Part shown: positions 63,490 through 64,000 of the stretch, piece after piece | Layout of the letters: every line of letters begins with the position of its first letter | Numbering within the stretch: position 1 is the stretch's first letter | Source: a phage | Sequence record: PZ445440.1 | Strand: one strand, 5' to 3' | Length of the DNA: 64,000 nt | Program-made: the position numbers and the translations under genes | The notes under the pieces: generated by a model | What the model saw: the letters and a program-made list of their open reading frames with translations, nothing else | Told to the model about the DNA's origin: nothing | The model's database searches: none

Positions 63490-64000
63490 TCACAGTACGT
63501 TAGTTACAAGGGTAATGATTTCTTTGGACACATTAGGGAAGTCAATGTAAGTATATTTACCACCGATCTTAATCTTAACATCATTTTCAAGAGAAGTAAA
63601 CAGCTTTGATTCAGTTTCTGACATGTTGTATGCAAAGATTCTAAGAGCGCCATCTCGTCGAATTTCAATTTGGCGAATACCTAGAACTCGTTTTGCAAAT
63701 CGAACTTCCAAGTTACTACGGTTTTCACCAATTTCTTTAACTTCGACTTTATCTTTAATATTTTCAAAAACAAAGTTTGCCAGTTCATGCATTTCAGGAG
63801 TAACTCCACGGGCTTTTCTGGTGTTACGTTTCTGAAGAAGTTCTGGAGCATTTTCTTGGGCAAAGAGGTCTGCAGCTTTTTGGATAATATCCATTGCTTC
63901 GCCTGTTGCTACAAGTCCATCACCGGATTTTTCGACTAAACCTTTCTTAATCAATACACCAATGTTAGAGTTAACAACCGATGCATTGTATTCTGCTTCC
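63490..64000 (-). CDS. motA: MotA middle-transcription activator, partial (N-terminus beyond window end)
   Basis: reading frame continues to the window edge; VVNSNIGVLIKKGLVEKSGDGL matches recalled T4 MotA; the track Met is a TTG inside the gene. Confidence 0.85.
   Translation of the reverse strand, partial: EAEYNASVVNSNIGVLIKKGLVEKSGDGLVATGEAMDIIQKAADLFAQENAPELLQKRNTRKARGVTPEMHELANFVFENIKDKVEVKEIGENRSNLEVRFAKRVLGIRQIEIRRDGALRIFAYNMSETESKLFTSLENDVKIKIGGKYTYIDFPNVSKEIITLVTNVL

Noticed and set aside
63490-63954. Track ORF start (Met) for motA at 63954
   Set aside because: That codon is a TTG inside the gene. The reading frame continues to the window edge and matches T4 MotA upstream, so the gene is reported as partial.

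Overview
This window is a contiguous segment of a T-even (T4-like, Tequatrovirus-type) myovirus genome, running from gene 17 (large terminase) to the 5' part of motA. Gene order and near-identical protein sequences recalled from T4 support this; no database search was run. Late structural modules sit on the + strand: head and tail genes 17-24, baseplate hub genes 51-54, and long-tail-fiber genes 34-38 plus holin t. Early and middle genes sit on the - strand: rnlB, hoc, inh, uvsY, 25/26, alt, DNA ligase 30, rIII, 31, cd, pseT, the spanin pair, alc, rnlA, denA, nrdB, nrdA, td, frd, 32, 59, 33, dsbA, rnh, asiA and motA. The fiber tip is T2-type (gp38 adhesin with glycine-rich motifs; gp37 ending in a self-cleaving chaperone-like domain). 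No homing endonuclease genes were recognised and td and nrdB are intronless. Regulatory grammar is readable throughout: TATAAATA late promoters, GTTTAC(A)-N17/18-TACTAT-type early promoters, MotA-box middle promoters, and UUCG/GAAG-capped terminator hairpins, one 18-mer of which recurs three times. The most unusual content is a complete, catalytically intact DAHP synthase (AroF/AroG class) gene translationally coupled to cd, a YbiA/NADAR-like ORF beside the Alt ADP-ribosyltransferase module, an 89-aa early ORF at the position T4 uses for segD, and a ~290-bp non-coding island next to rIII. Two small ORFs below the 60-aa track cutoff were recovered by hand (uvsY.-2 homolog; a 59-aa basic ORF).
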